Assembly: GCA_009859145.1 (NCBI GenBank)
Contig: VRVR01000011.1
Coordinates: forward strand, 74,097-138,096
Source of the DNA: Andalucia godoyi And28
Taxonomy: Eukaryota > Protista > Jakobida
Direction of reading: 5' to 3'
DNA: 64,000 nt
Shown here: positions 9,982-20,744 of the stretch, piece after piece
How positions within the stretch are numbered: the stretch's first letter is position 1
Layout: every line of letters begins with the position of its first letter
Made by a program: the position numbers and the translations under genes
The notes under the pieces: generated by a model
Databases searched by the model: none
The model's input: the letters and a program-made list of their open reading frames with translations, nothing else
Told to the model about the DNA's origin: nothing

Positions 9982-11061
9982 TCAGTGCCGACCTGAATAC
10001 GAGTGCGAAGAAGCGGAAGAAAAATTTGCCCCATTTGCATTGCGCCCGGACGATGCAGCGCTGCGATGCGTCACAGAAGAAGCTGGGGAAGAAGATGAAG
10101 ATGTGGAATGCCTAGCGGATGCACTGGAGTGCTGCACCGCATCTGCATCGTTGGGAGCAGGAGACGCATATGTGTACGCCTCAGCATGGTTCGATGAACG
10201 TTGGTGGTGTGAGGCCACTTGGACTTCGTCGTCGTCTTCGATTTCTTCAATGATTGGCACAGATCGACTGGTCAGCGCAGGTCGCGCAGGATCCGACGGA
10301 TCTCCAACGGTGGCAGATAACGGCAGCCTCGCTCTCTTCCCAATGGGTCCCAAACGCTCGTCTGCAGCACGTTGCCACTCCTGATCGAACTGGTCCGCTT
10401 CTTCTTCCCGGACGTTCCGCAGCTCGCGCTTTGTCTGCTCGACCCCGGTTGCATCTCTGGTCTTTTCCACCGCTTGCATCTTGGAGCCCAGTCGGCGCTC
10501 CACTCGCACTTTTTCCTTCCCGGAGGAGTCGCGGACCGTGTGATGCACTTCAGTGACCCCACCAGGTCCCGTCGTGCTTGAAAACGACGCCGAATAATAG
10601 AACCCCTCATGCCCCGAGTTGCGATGTCGATTCCGCTGCTGGTTCACCGTCTGAACATCATCTGGATCTTCAATAATGGGACCGGAATTGGGAGCTCGAC
10701 GCGCATACATACCGTCATTTCCAAACTGTTGTTGCTGGTGCTGGTGCTGGTGCTGGTGCTGGTGCTGGTGCTGGTGCTGGTGCTGGAGAAACGGTCCGGT
10801 ACCCATGAGCTGCGGCATCATCGACATCATGCGAGACGCTCCCATAAACGAGGCAAATGGATCTCGAAAGAACGGATCATCAAAGGGGGCGCTGCTCATG
10901 CCCATGCCCATGCCCATGGGAGGACCAAACATCGACCCTCCAAAGAATGCATCCATTATCGACTGCGGCCGGCGACTCTGACCTGCATTGCCATTGTTAT
11001 TGCCACTGGCGTAGAAGCCGTTGTCGCTGCGATTCTGGCCATTGTAATTGTTGTTGTACAT
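9982..11061 (-). CDS. MLF: Myeloid leukemia factor (MLF) family protein
   Basis: Likely start MYNNNYNG at 11061. Core FYYSASFSSTTGPGGVTEVHHTVRDSSGKEKVRVERRLG...RELRNVREEEADQFDQEWQR matches the MLF domain; Met/Phe-rich N-terminus and an (HQ)n tract. Confidence 0.8.
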   Translation of the reverse strand: MYNNNYNGQNRSDNGFYASGNNNGNAGQSRRPQSIMDAFFGGSMFGPPMGMGMGMSSAPFDDPFFRDPFASFMGASRMMSMMPQLMGTGPFLQHQHQHQHQHQHQHQHQQQQFGNDGMYARRAPNSGPIIEDPDDVQTVNQQRNRHRNSGHEGFYYSASFSSTTGPGGVTEVHHTVRDSSGKEKVRVERRLGSKMQAVEKTRDATGVEQTKRELRNVREEEADQFDQEWQRAADERLGPIGKRARLPLSATVGDPSDPARPALTSRSVPIIEEIEDDDEVQVASHHQRSSNHAEAYTYASPAPNDADAVQHSSASARHSTSSSSSPASSVTHRSAASSGRNANGANFSSASSHSYSGRH

Positions 11062-11400
11062 TCTTTGTCTCTCTCTCTCTCTTTGTCTCTCTCTGTCTGT
11101 CTGTCTTTTCGTATCCAAAGTAACAGCCTCCAAAAAACCCACCTCGAAAATACGAATAACGGGAAGAGAAAGAAAAAGAAAAAGAAAAAGAAAAAGGAAA
11201 GAAAAATTCAGAGCGACGAAAAAAAAACCGAGCATTTTTTATTAAAAGAAAATGGAGTTCAATGGAAATGAATTTTGGGGTGCTTTTGATGGTGACGTAA
11301 TGCTGGACAAAAATGCCCGACAACTACGGTAGGCACACTCTGCCTGTCTGAATTGTTTCACAGAAACGACAAACAGTCAATAAACAGAATGCTTATTGGT

Positions 11401-11477
11401 TATGGTTATGGTTATGGTTATGGTTATGGTTATGGTTATGGTTATGGTTATGGTTATGGTTATGGTTATGGTTATGG
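11401..11477. repeat. Perfect hexamer tandem repeat (TATGGT) x about 13
   Basis: 12 perfect units at 11401-11472 plus a partial unit. Confidence 0.95.
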
Positions 11478-11632
11478 GGATTCTTTAAGATTAGTAAAAT
11501 AAAATATAAAAGAAAAAGAAAAGATAGACTGTTTTAAAATGAAGAAAATAGTAATGATAGGAATAATAATATACAATAAAATAAAAAATAAATGAATGAG
11601 GTAGCGGGTTCAAAACGAGGACTTGCTCACAT

Positions 11633-12601
11633 TCAGATGGATCCGTATCCGCTACCGGATGCTGGTCGGTTTTGATTGGGAGAGACGTGGGCGCTTGGCG
11701 CTTCTGGATCTCCAAAGAGGCCGTCGTCTGGCGAAGCAAACTGGTGGTTTCTGCCTTTTCTTGAGGCGTAGTGCGGAGACGAGTCTGACCCGTCTGCACC
11801 GTCCATGAGCTTCTGCCCGTCTCCCTTACCCGCTTTTCCTTTTGCATTTTCGTCCAGTGGCGAGGGGGATGGCGATGGGGATGAGGCGGAGACGGTTCGC
11901 AGGATCAGAATTGCTGAAATCATGGACAAGATGGAGATGCATCCAGCAAACACGGAAATCACAGTTGCAAGGATAAGGGTCCGGAACCCCTCGCCTGGTC
12001 CCCATGAATAGCCCTGGCCATTGTACGTTTTGGAACCTTGAAATGTGGTCGGGGAAACACAGAACGTGTTGGTCGAGATCGGATCGACATCTGCGCCTGG
12101 AAGTGCACAGATCATGTCGTCGAGCAACTGAGCAGAATAGTGGCCGGCAAGCGAGATGGTCATGATCATTCCAACGAGAACAATGGAAAAGCCAGCGATC
12201 ATCACGAGAATGCACCATCGTGTTGCGACAATGCGGAAGAAGAGAAGTCCGTGAGAGACGAACATCCATCCAATGATCAGAACGGAAATGCATGCCCAGA
12301 GCAAGTTGGTCATATCCTTGGAAAACGTCCTGGCAGAGTCCGCAGCTCCAATATTATCGGTCCATGCATCGGACCAAAACGGAGCTGCAACACACATGTT
12401 GGATCCCGTGTTGGGATCTGTGCTGCATGACTCGAATCCGTTGATGTGGACCGAGATGCTTTGGTTCGGTGATGACAGCTTCCAGTATGGAGTCGATGCA
12501 GAACCTGCAAGCGCAATGAACGTGATCAGATTCAGAACAAGAACAACAATGGACGACACGCGGAAAAACGACGCTTTTCCAATCAAACTCAGAATAACCA
12601 T
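11633..12601 (-). CDS. Four-TM claudin/PMP22-like superfamily membrane protein
   Basis: TM1 followed by TPYW...GFESC...C (W-G-C-C pattern in loop 1), TM2 and TM3, a Cys-containing loop 2, YSWGPGEGF before TM4, and a Ser/Pro-rich tail. Confidence 0.55.
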   Translation of the reverse strand: MVILSLIGKASFFRVSSIVVLVLNLITFIALAGSASTPYWKLSSPNQSISVHINGFESCSTDPNTGSNMCVAAPFWSDAWTDNIGAADSARTFSKDMTNLLWACISVLIIGWMFVSHGLLFFRIVATRWCILVMIAGFSIVLVGMIMTISLAGHYSAQLLDDMICALPGADVDPISTNTFCVSPTTFQGSKTYNGQGYSWGPGEGFRTLILATVISVFAGCISILSMISAILILRTVSASSPSPSPSPLDENAKGKAGKGDGQKLMDGADGSDSSPHYASRKGRNHQFASPDDGLFGDPEAPSAHVSPNQNRPASGSGYGSI

Positions 12602-13364
12602 GATTTACTTGGCTGTCGACGCTGCTGATCTCGAACGTTGGGTGTTTTAGGGGTTTTCGAGAGCGAGTGGGATTTCGGACAAGCCTTGATGTGATTGCTC
12701 TTCTTTGTGCGTGTATGTGTGTGTGTAAAAAAGAGAGAGAGAGCAGAGAGAGAGCAGAGAGAATCCCAAATAGATCCTGGTCAGGTGTTAGGCGTTGAGG
12801 CGGAGACCCGGTCCGGCAATCCATGCTGAAAAGTGATGTGTCGGCGTTTGGCGGAAGCGGGACTTGAATGCGCAAACAGCAGGCGGACATGTCGCAAGTC
12901 GCAAGTCGCAAGTCAAGGGGGGGGGGGGGGGGAAAGACTCGTTGGTGAACCTGCGCCGCAGAAAGCACACACGATTTTACATGATATGAACTGCTTTCCC
13001 AAATTCACGCAGCAAAAAAATGGATTGGAGAAGAGAACACGTTGCACATGAAATCTTTCCACACCGAGCAGCGGAGGGTGCTGACTGCTGAGCCTGTTCA
13101 TCGTATCAACGAAGGCAACCTGCGGCCTGTAGATTAATACTCTATAGAACACTGCGCATCTTGGTACAATCCGAGCGGTTTCTGAAAAGCAATGCTTGCA
13201 CAGCAAATCGACGAAACACCGAACTCATGGTAAGAAAAAGAGCTAAGAAAAGCATGTTGAAGACCACATCTGCTGTCTCCGCTTCGTTGTTCAAAAAAGA
13301 AAGAACATCACAGAACAGAACAGAACAGAACAGGGCTGCAGGATCGACGCTGTATCCACGTTGA

Positions 13365-14782
13365 TTAGCCGTGGCTCTGCTCAATCAAGACAATGCTGCC
13401 AATGATGAAGGACGATCCGACCAACCGCAGCAGCAAATTCGGCCAATAGAACATGGTCTTCTTTTCGTGCTCCGATGTCTGAATCCACTTTGGCAACAGC
13501 AAGACGAGAACCAAGGATCCTATCCAGGAGATAACGATGCGAAACAGCGTCAACTGCAGATACACCTTATTCATGTCGTACCACACCGCGAGATAAAAGT
13601 AGATGATCGCCCGTCCATTGATGAACAACCGGTACAGGAACGACTCGACGATCCTCATTTCCTGCCACATTTTCACAAAAGATTCGTCGAGAGACATTTG
13701 TTTGTCTTCGGGAAGCTCAAACAATCTGCGAACAGGAGAAACGTAATCCAAAATGAAAAGAAATGGAACAATAAAGACCGGCAACATTCCTTGATCCAGC
13801 GACGTGTACCCAAACACATTCTGGTGGTAAGTGTCGTTGAAGTACTTCATGGCAACAAACCACATTGCATATGTGAACGACAAGACGAGGAAAGGAAGCA
13901 GAATGCCAATCGCAGACCACGCAATCGTTCTCCAGTTTGGACGATCCTTGTACTCGACTGTCTTTGCCGACCCTTCTCCATTGATGGTCGAATCGCTGGG
14001 ATGGCCAAGCAAGGCGGAATGCTCCTTGGCATTGATACGCACGAGTTCGGTGTGTCTCGGTCGAGCAGAAAGCTTCTTGGGAATCTCTGCAATGCAGAAG
14101 AAGGATCCAATGATCCCCAATGCAATCACTGTGGCAGAATTTGTGGATCCGCCATCAATCCCAAAGACGGAACACAGCGGTTTAACAAGAAATGCAGAAA
14201 ACAAAGATGCCAACACAAGAAACACAAGAGCGAGCGGTTGCTGATACATGGCTGCCTCGCCCATATAATACAGCAATCCCAGGCACCCGTTCAGCAGCAG
14301 CTGTGGATGCAAACCGATTCCATTCATCATCGTACCAGGCCCCTGTCGCCTACATTCAATCTATGTAAATGCGGGATCACCGAAAAGCGGGAAAGCACAG
14401 CGGCACAGAGTTGTTAGATCAACGCTTTCTCTGCAAGTCAAAAACTGATAACTGAAAAATAACAAAAAAAGGCAAATTGAAGGAAACATACAACATCGCA
14501 AGAAGACGCTGAACAGTGGCGATCTTCGCCCAGAACATCGATTTCGTAGTAGCAGGTAATGGACTTTCCTGAGACGTATACTGGGGCAACGACATCTCTT
14601 GGAAAAGCAATCTGTGCAATGCCGAGAATAACTGCAATCTGAAGTGACGAAACAATTGCCAGATCCAGCATGAAGCGGCGTCGAGAGCCCTTGTGATGAA
14701 CTCGCGCAACGCGTTGGCCGAACGCATCTCCAATAACCGAAAGCACTTGCGCAACAAGAATGATACCAAGACTGGAACTCAT
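13365..14782 (-). CDS. Two-exon multi-pass membrane protein, possibly drug/metabolite transporter (CRT-like); exons 14782-14492 and 14360-13365
   Basis: Donor GTATGT at 14491, CTAAC branch-like motif inside the intron, acceptor CATAG ending at 14361. A phase 0 join gives about 428 aa with about 10 hydrophobic segments in two halves. Confidence 0.62.
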
Positions 14783-15040
14783 TTTTTCATATCGAAAAAC
14801 AGCCGTCACAAATCACAGGAAAGAAAATATTAATCAAAAGAAGGAAGAAATGGAAGAAATGGAAGAAATGGAAGAAGACAGACAAACAACTTCCTATTGA
14901 AGAGGCTTTGCATTTTCGCGGGTCACAACGGGAAGCTGCAACGTCCCTACTCCATCTTTCGTTAATCCTTGATCGTTTTTTTAAAGCTTTGGATTAATGT
15001 TTTTCCTCTGATTTTTCTTCTTCTTTAAAAAGTAAATTAT

Positions 15041-15703
15041 TTAATGAAAGACATAGGTGGCGACCGTGTGATGACTGGATGTCAGACTGACGACAAGCGG
15101 GGACGATGCAATAACAGTGTCGACACACGACTGGACCAGTGTGGACGCAACTGCTCTGCTTGACAAGAACGAAATGGCCGGAAGAAACCAGTCTCCAGAA
15201 TGTGCTCCGCTTTGGAAGCTGAGTGGATTGCTCTTATAAAAGAACATTACGCAAGGGTCGTTCTCAGGAAGCCCATATCGCTTCACGAAATTCCCGCATG
15301 CTGAGCTGAGCGCACGAAGACACCGAATTCCACTCAGTCGAATCGGACTCTTTCCTGCATGATCCACTGTTTTTTGCACAACGCCCCTGTACTCGACCTC
15401 CTTTTTCAACCTGGAACAAGCGGAAGTAGTCGCTTTAGGAGAAGGAGAAGAAGAGGTGGCGGTGAAGCCATACAGGCTTTTCCAAGCGGCGCAAAGATTG
15501 TTTTCAAACATGTCATCCAATTCTAATGCTTGAGGATGGCACGGAGAAGGTACAAACAAGACACATACAAGCTGCGTTTCGGACCATATCAGCTGCGTGA
15601 GCTGCTTCTCGACAGTATACCATGAAGATGCAGAAGACGATGGGTGTTTCTCTTGCTGAATTGCAAGACGCAGTGATAGCGGATTCCAAGAAGAATCTAT
15701 CAT
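15041..15703 (-). CDS. Hypothetical protein (about 220 aa)
   Basis: Open frame from the ATG at 15703 (MIDSSWNPLSL...) with coding-like composition; no family recognised. Confidence 0.5.
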   Translation of the reverse strand: MIDSSWNPLSLRLAIQQEKHPSSSASSWYTVEKQLTQLIWSETQLVCVLFVPSPCHPQALELDDMFENNLCAAWKSLYGFTATSSSPSPKATTSACSRLKKEVEYRGVVQKTVDHAGKSPIRLSGIRCLRALSSACGNFVKRYGLPENDPCVMFFYKSNPLSFQSGAHSGDWFLPAISFLSSRAVASTLVQSCVDTVIASSPLVVSLTSSHHTVATYVFH

Positions 15704-16296
15704 GTTTTTTTGCTTTAAATAATACGCCTTTTCCTCTTTTCGGTTGTGCTTTTGGGCAAAGATAGGAAGACCAGTGGATTGGTTGAATTGCAATTGCAAT
15801 CTCAGACGGAGACGGGAACGGGCGAAGGACAACGCATCGGGAATTTTGCGGGGTCATTTCCAAATGCAGTGCAGAAGCGTTGGTAGAAAATACTCTGGAA
15901 AAAGGAGTTGAGTTTCAGTTGAGGACCACTATGTTTTACATCGCAGTCCTCAGCAGGACACACTTTTTTTATTTATTATTTCTTTGTCGTTTTCTGAATG
16001 AACCTTTTTTTCTTTTTTTTTCTTTCTTTTTCTTCTCCTTTCTTTCTCTGGTGCTCCATCGCCTCCTTCCTCCTCTTCCTCTCGTTTTCATTCTTGCAGA
16101 CAAGAGAAGAGTATCACAAAAACACAAACATATATAAGATGAAGGGTGGACACCAGTGGGAAAGAGAACTCCTCGACCTCGACCGCAGTCACAACAGAGA
16201 TGGTGATGATGATGCTCAGTTTCAGTTTCAGTTTCAGTTTCACAACAGATCGTGCGGAGGAAGGGAGAGGCAGCTCTTTCTTCCATAGTGCTTGTC

Positions 16297-17946
16297 TTAT
16301 TGGTGTTTGCCGGTGGTATCGAGGGCCGCAAGCAGAATGGACGTATCCTTTTGCGCACCAGCTTGTGAAGTAGAGCCGGCTCCCTCGGGCATTTGGACTT
16401 CGTGGTCATGCGCCTGCTGCAAAAGCGTGCTCGAGAAGACAGTCTGTGACGAACCGATAAAGAACTCGATCGACGCAAGCGCAACGACGTCGTTCTCCTT
16501 ATCGGCAACAAAGAAATTGAACACGGTGCATGCCCGTGCATATCGTGGATCGTCAATCAACAGCGTTGCTCTGTCCTTGCTTTCTGCAACGGAAAGCATC
16601 TCGTCTGTCAGCTCGAATCCAATATCTGCATACGCCGTCGCAACTCGTGAATCCGGGATGTTCTGCAACTCAAAATCAAGAGTGAATAAATGGATCGTTC
16701 CTCGTCGACCAAAGTATGCCAGAGGCTGTCCGGCTTTGTCCGAAATGGCGACAAGATATCCTGGCCCATGCCCCTTTGCAGTTGCATGACCAATTCCGAA
16801 AACCGTGTTTCGGAGAAGAACCGATGCGACCGTCTGTCCATTCGATCCGCACACTTCTATTCGCAGCTTTCCGGTTGAGAAACGGACATCTCGAGCGAGA
16901 TCATGGGCCGTGAACAACGATCCACCGCCGTCGCCACCAATCAACTGTGCACCAACAACCTTTGCAGGCGGCATGAAGCAGCCCTCCAGCCTCTCATTTT
17001 GGTTTCCTGGTTTGAGCGTTGTGTCGATTCCCACAATCGGAGTCGCAGGCTTTATGCGCTTCTTCAGATTGGAATTCCAGTGGTTCTTGATGAGATTGTC
17101 CGGGCGTCCTGGGAGCAGCTTGGCAATCTCCGCCCATTTGTTTCCAATGCGCGCTTGTGCTTCGATGATGATTGCATCTTCCTCTGCAGAAAACGGAGCT
17201 TTGTTCAGACCAGGGTCCAAATGGTTGATCCAGCGCTCGCGGCACTGCTTGCCTTGTCGATGGGTGGGCATTTCTTCTGCAATTTTCGTCCACGACCGTC
17301 CATACTTTTGCACCAGCGAGAACAGCATCACGTCTTCTTCCTGCGTCCACTTCTGCGATGCGGAGATCCCAGACATGTTCACTCCAGATGCATTGCCGCC
17401 AGTCATGTTCATGTCATCATCGTCGTTATCATCATCGTCGTTATCGTCCCCGCCATCATGCTGCTGCTGCTGCTGCTGGTGATGGTGATGGTGGAGGTGT
17501 GGCAGCCCCGAATGTTGGTGATGATGCACATCATCGTCGTCGGACACGGACGGAACTACATTCGGCCCATCTTTCGAACCCCCAGATGCAGAGGCGGGGT
17601 GACCATTGCTCGCATTCGCATGGGAAGACCTCGATGGGATTGCATGTCCAATTTCTGGTTGATGACCAGCCTGTGGCCCCGATGGCAACAACGACGACGA
17701 AGACGAAGACGAGGAAGAACCAGAAGAAGAGGAGGCGGAAGCAGAAGAAGGAGCGTCTAAACCTGAAGAGTTTGGAATTGAAGAGGAAGAAGAAGAGGTG
17801 GTATTCGAAGGACCGGAAACAGAAGGAACTGTCATTCCTTCCACATAGTCGGAAGATGCCAATTCATCGGAAACCGATGCCGAGCCACCTCGAGTGCGTT
17901 TGGCTGGCCGCTCAAATGCAGAGCTGGAACTGGTTGAATCCTGCAT
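16297..17946 (-). CDS. Two-repeat Myb transcription factor with an unassigned C-terminal domain
   Basis: [47 protein letters not shown] and [47 protein letters not shown] are canonical Myb repeats. Confidence 0.92.
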   Translation of the reverse strand: MQDSTSSSSAFERPAKRTRGGSASVSDELASSDYVEGMTVPSVSGPSNTTSSSSSSIPNSSGLDAPSSASASSSSGSSSSSSSSSLLPSGPQAGHQPEIGHAIPSRSSHANASNGHPASASGGSKDGPNVVPSVSDDDDVHHHQHSGLPHLHHHHHQQQQQQHDGGDDNDDDDNDDDDMNMTGGNASGVNMSGISASQKWTQEEDVMLFSLVQKYGRSWTKIAEEMPTHRQGKQCRERWINHLDPGLNKAPFSAEEDAIIIEAQARIGNKWAEIAKLLPGRPDNLIKNHWNSNLKKRIKPATPIVGIDTTLKPGNQNERLEGCFMPPAKVVGAQLIGGDGGGSLFTAHDLARDVRFSTGKLRIEVCGSNGQTVASVLLRNTVFGIGHATAKGHGPGYLVAISDKAGQPLAYFGRRGTIHLFTLDFELQNIPDSRVATAYADIGFELTDEMLSVAESKDRATLLIDDPRYARACTVFNFFVADKENDVVALASIEFFIGSSQTVFSSTLLQQAHDHEVQMPEGAGSTSQAGAQKDTSILLAALDTTGKHQ

Positions 17947-18482
17947 GCAAAATCGTGAAAAACAGAATATGTGAGCTCGATGATAAGACGAAGAAGAAAT
18001 ATCTTGGCAGAAAAGTGACAAAAGAGAGGGAGAGAGGAAGTCGATTTAATAATAACAATAAAAAAAAAGGAGGGAAACGAAAATGGGCGGGCGTAGTGAC
18101 TTGCAGAAATGCGACTGTTGTGGGTTTTTGGGCTTGTTTTTCCTCGGGGCCAAACGGTCTACGATTAGCGGCTAACCACCAGGTGTGCGTAAACACTTGA
18201 CGACGGAATGACTCATGTCAGCCCGCAGACTTGCACGGGTACAGCAGTCGGTCAATTGAACAGTCGACTGTTTGGACTGACGACTGACGAGTCACGGGTC
18301 ACGACAGACCTACAGCGGGAAAAGAAAAACAAAAAAGGGAAAAAAGAGAACGTGTAGTTTTTTTTTCTTTTTTCTTGTTTTGGTTTGTTTTTGTGGGTTG
18401 TTGTTCAACAAACGATTGGGAGTTGGGATAGGCTCTTCGCGAGAAAATCTTCAAAAGCACCGACCGATTGCCGTTGGTTGTT

Positions 18483-20120
18483 TTACAAGAGTCTGGCAGA
18501 AGATGCTGTGTAGGCAGCCATGACTTCGTCTTGGATAAACGACTGCGAGTTGTGAATCGTGTTGCCTCCGAGCAAAATCGAGCAACCCGGATTGGATGAT
18601 TCAAGCCTCTTCAGAGCGGCTGCCTCCTCGTATGTTGCGCCTCCGACAATAAAAACAATGATTTCCGAATACTTGTCCTTGGCCAGGGTATGGCCCACCG
18701 CATACGGGAAGGCGGTGTCCTTGAGCTTGCTCTTGATGGCCTGCTCAACAACGCTGACCACCAGTGGTTCATGTTGGGTATACACATTCTCAACACCCTT
18801 GACATTTCTCTTCATGGAGGTCTTGAACGAGGACAAGATGTTCTTGGTTCCAAACAAATCGCCGTTCTTCACAGACAGCGCCGCATAGTTGATGATCTCG
18901 GTGATGACCTGGAGTTCTGCAGCTGACACTCCGTTCTGCGCCAACAAATCCATAAACTGGGATGTTTGGTTCCTGGAATCCCGCTGGTATCGCAACGTGT
19001 ACAGCAACACGAGCTTCAGCCTGTCGAAGTTGTCCGTCCGGGAAGAGTCCAATGCATCACGGACTCTTCTCACGGCGGTGGAATGATCTTCTTGACATGC
19101 GAGATCCTGCTCAATTGCAGAAATATCAAACAAGTTTCGATGCCCCACAATCTTGTTCAGTTCCGACATGATCGTCACATGCTTGTGTACCATAGAAGCC
19201 TTTGTCTTCAAATCCGGCATGCGCGACACCATCGCCTGGATGTCCTCCACAGTTTCCAGCCGTGAAGTAGCTTGTGTTGTTTCCTGGTGTTCCATCACAA
19301 GCTGCCGGACTGCATCTCCCAAATCACCAAAGTTGTCAAACATGTGCTGCTTGAAAAACGAATCAAGCGTCTCCGACACGACAAACTCGTCTTCCTCAAT
19401 CTTGATTCTGTTGTGATTGATCCCCACCAATTCATGAGCCATTGCCTGATAGAACCACTGATTCAACAGCGGCGTCACGGGGTCTTCTCGGCGATCCAGA
19501 ATAAGCAACAGCGGAGTTCTAGAAGCGCGGAAGTCAAACAGTGAGGCTTCCTGGTCCATCCGCAACGTAAGCTCCGTCGCCAGGCCTTGCGCAAGACTGG
19601 ATCCTTTTGAATATCGCACGTGCGGCCGCTTTTTCAGCCCCAGAAGCGCAGCAACAAGCCCATCAGCCATGGAAGTAATCGCGGTGTTCGCCTGGCCGAG
19701 AGAGAACAACTGCCCATTGATCGCGTAAATATCGGCAAAATACTCGTGGACCTCCTTGACAGCTTGGTGCTCTGCATCCGACTCGGCAAGCTGTGAAAGC
19801 AGATTTTGGGAAAGCATGTTTGAAAAGAAGAGGTGATAGGATGCAAACTTCGGCGGACCGGAAAGAGTCGATGTCAACACGGAAATGTTTCGAGAAGTCG
19901 GTCTGCAGAACACCAGCGCTGCACAATGCAGCATTGGCTCACGCTCCGCCAAGGCCTCGAGTTTTCCAATCAGAAACACCTCCTTGGATAAAATGTCATT
20001 GAACGAATACGTCATTCCGACAATCACAGACGTCTCCTCATCGAGAATGATTGCTTTTGGACCACTCACTTGGTTCACAAGCCTGTCCACAAAGCTGCGA
20101 ATCGTAGCCACTATATCCAT
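18483..20120 (-). CDS. VPS45: Sec1/Munc18 family protein VPS45
   Basis: KAIILDEET, YHLFFSN, EVHEYFAD, LLILDRREDPVTPLLNQWFYQAMAHEL, KHVTIMSEL, IVFIVGGATYEEA; start MDIVATIRSFV at 20120. Confidence 0.92.
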   Translation of the reverse strand: MDIVATIRSFVDRLVNQVSGPKAIILDEETSVIVGMTYSFNDILSKEVFLIGKLEALAEREPMLHCAALVFCRPTSRNISVLTSTLSGPPKFASYHLFFSNMLSQNLLSQLAESDAEHQAVKEVHEYFADIYAINGQLFSLGQANTAITSMADGLVAALLGLKKRPHVRYSKGSSLAQGLATELTLRMDQEASLFDFRASRTPLLLILDRREDPVTPLLNQWFYQAMAHELVGINHNRIKIEEDEFVVSETLDSFFKQHMFDNFGDLGDAVRQLVMEHQETTQATSRLETVEDIQAMVSRMPDLKTKASMVHKHVTIMSELNKIVGHRNLFDISAIEQDLACQEDHSTAVRRVRDALDSSRTDNFDRLKLVLLYTLRYQRDSRNQTSQFMDLLAQNGVSAAELQVITEIINYAALSVKNGDLFGTKNILSSFKTSMKRNVKGVENVYTQHEPLVVSVVEQAIKSKLKDTAFPYAVGHTLAKDKYSEIIVFIVGGATYEEAAALKRLESSNPGCSILLGGNTIHNSQSFIQDEVMAAYTASSARLL

Positions 20121-20537
20121 CTGTGAAACAAACGAACAATCAGAAAAACACACTGCTACACGCACACCGCAACGCGCAGCAGAGAAGAAGAAAAATTGCA
20201 GACGACTGAAGGGGGGGAAAAAAAGAAAAGCAAACAGGAGAAGAATAAGAAGAAGAAGGAACGTGTGGGAAAACGCAGAATGAACCCTCCAATTAAGAAA
20301 AAAAGAAAGAGTGTGTTAAGATATGTATATTATTACACTTTCTCCTTTCATTTCAACGCTGGGAAACTTTCAGGGAAGAGAGAACGACGTTGTACGACAG
20401 ATGGCACTCGAGCTCCCGCCCTGTGTACTCCAGGATCCTCTGGCGTATTCCAGTTTCAAATGGTTTTCCAAGTCCCAACAAAAACCAGAACTTCCTCTTC
20501 GTTATTGCAGTGCGCCTAGTCTTTTGTGGTTATTGTA

Positions 20538-20596
20538 AGTGTGTGCGTGTGTGCGTGTGCGTGTGTGCGTGTGTGTGTGTGTGTGCGTGTGTGTGA
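20538..20596. repeat. (GT)n/(GTGC)n microsatellite
   Basis: Directly visible upstream of MAF1. Confidence 0.85.
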
Positions 20597-20744
20597 ATTG
20601 CGAACGTCCAGCATCCGTTTCATCTTGTTCTTTTTTTTAATTTATTTAATTATTTAATTTAAATTTTTAAAGGAGAACAAGAGAAGAAGAATCTTCTTTA
20701 CCGCTGTTTAAAAAAGAAGTTGGACATTGGAAACAGCGAGGAAC

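Noticed and set aside
10609-11271. 220-aa + strand ORF with VLVLVL and KKKK runs
   Set aside because: Antisense translation of the MLF gene and of microsatellites
12900-13260. Cys-containing short ORFs between the claudin-like and transporter genes
   Set aside because: No ATG-initiated frame with convincing coding features; ends in a homopolymer run
13371-14417. 348-aa + strand ORF
   Set aside because: Exactly antisense to the transporter-like CDS; shadow ORF with no family features
14361-14430. In-frame TAG between a possible mini-exon and the main transporter ORF, suggesting readthrough or a reassigned stop
   Set aside because: The upstream exon joins in phase 0 directly after this TAG used as acceptor AG, and other genes end normally at TAG
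18315-18322. E2F-like GCGGGAAA sites (also 49939-49946 and about 23427)
   Set aside because: An 8-mer is expected about twice by chance in 64 kb on both strands; one site lies between convergent genes
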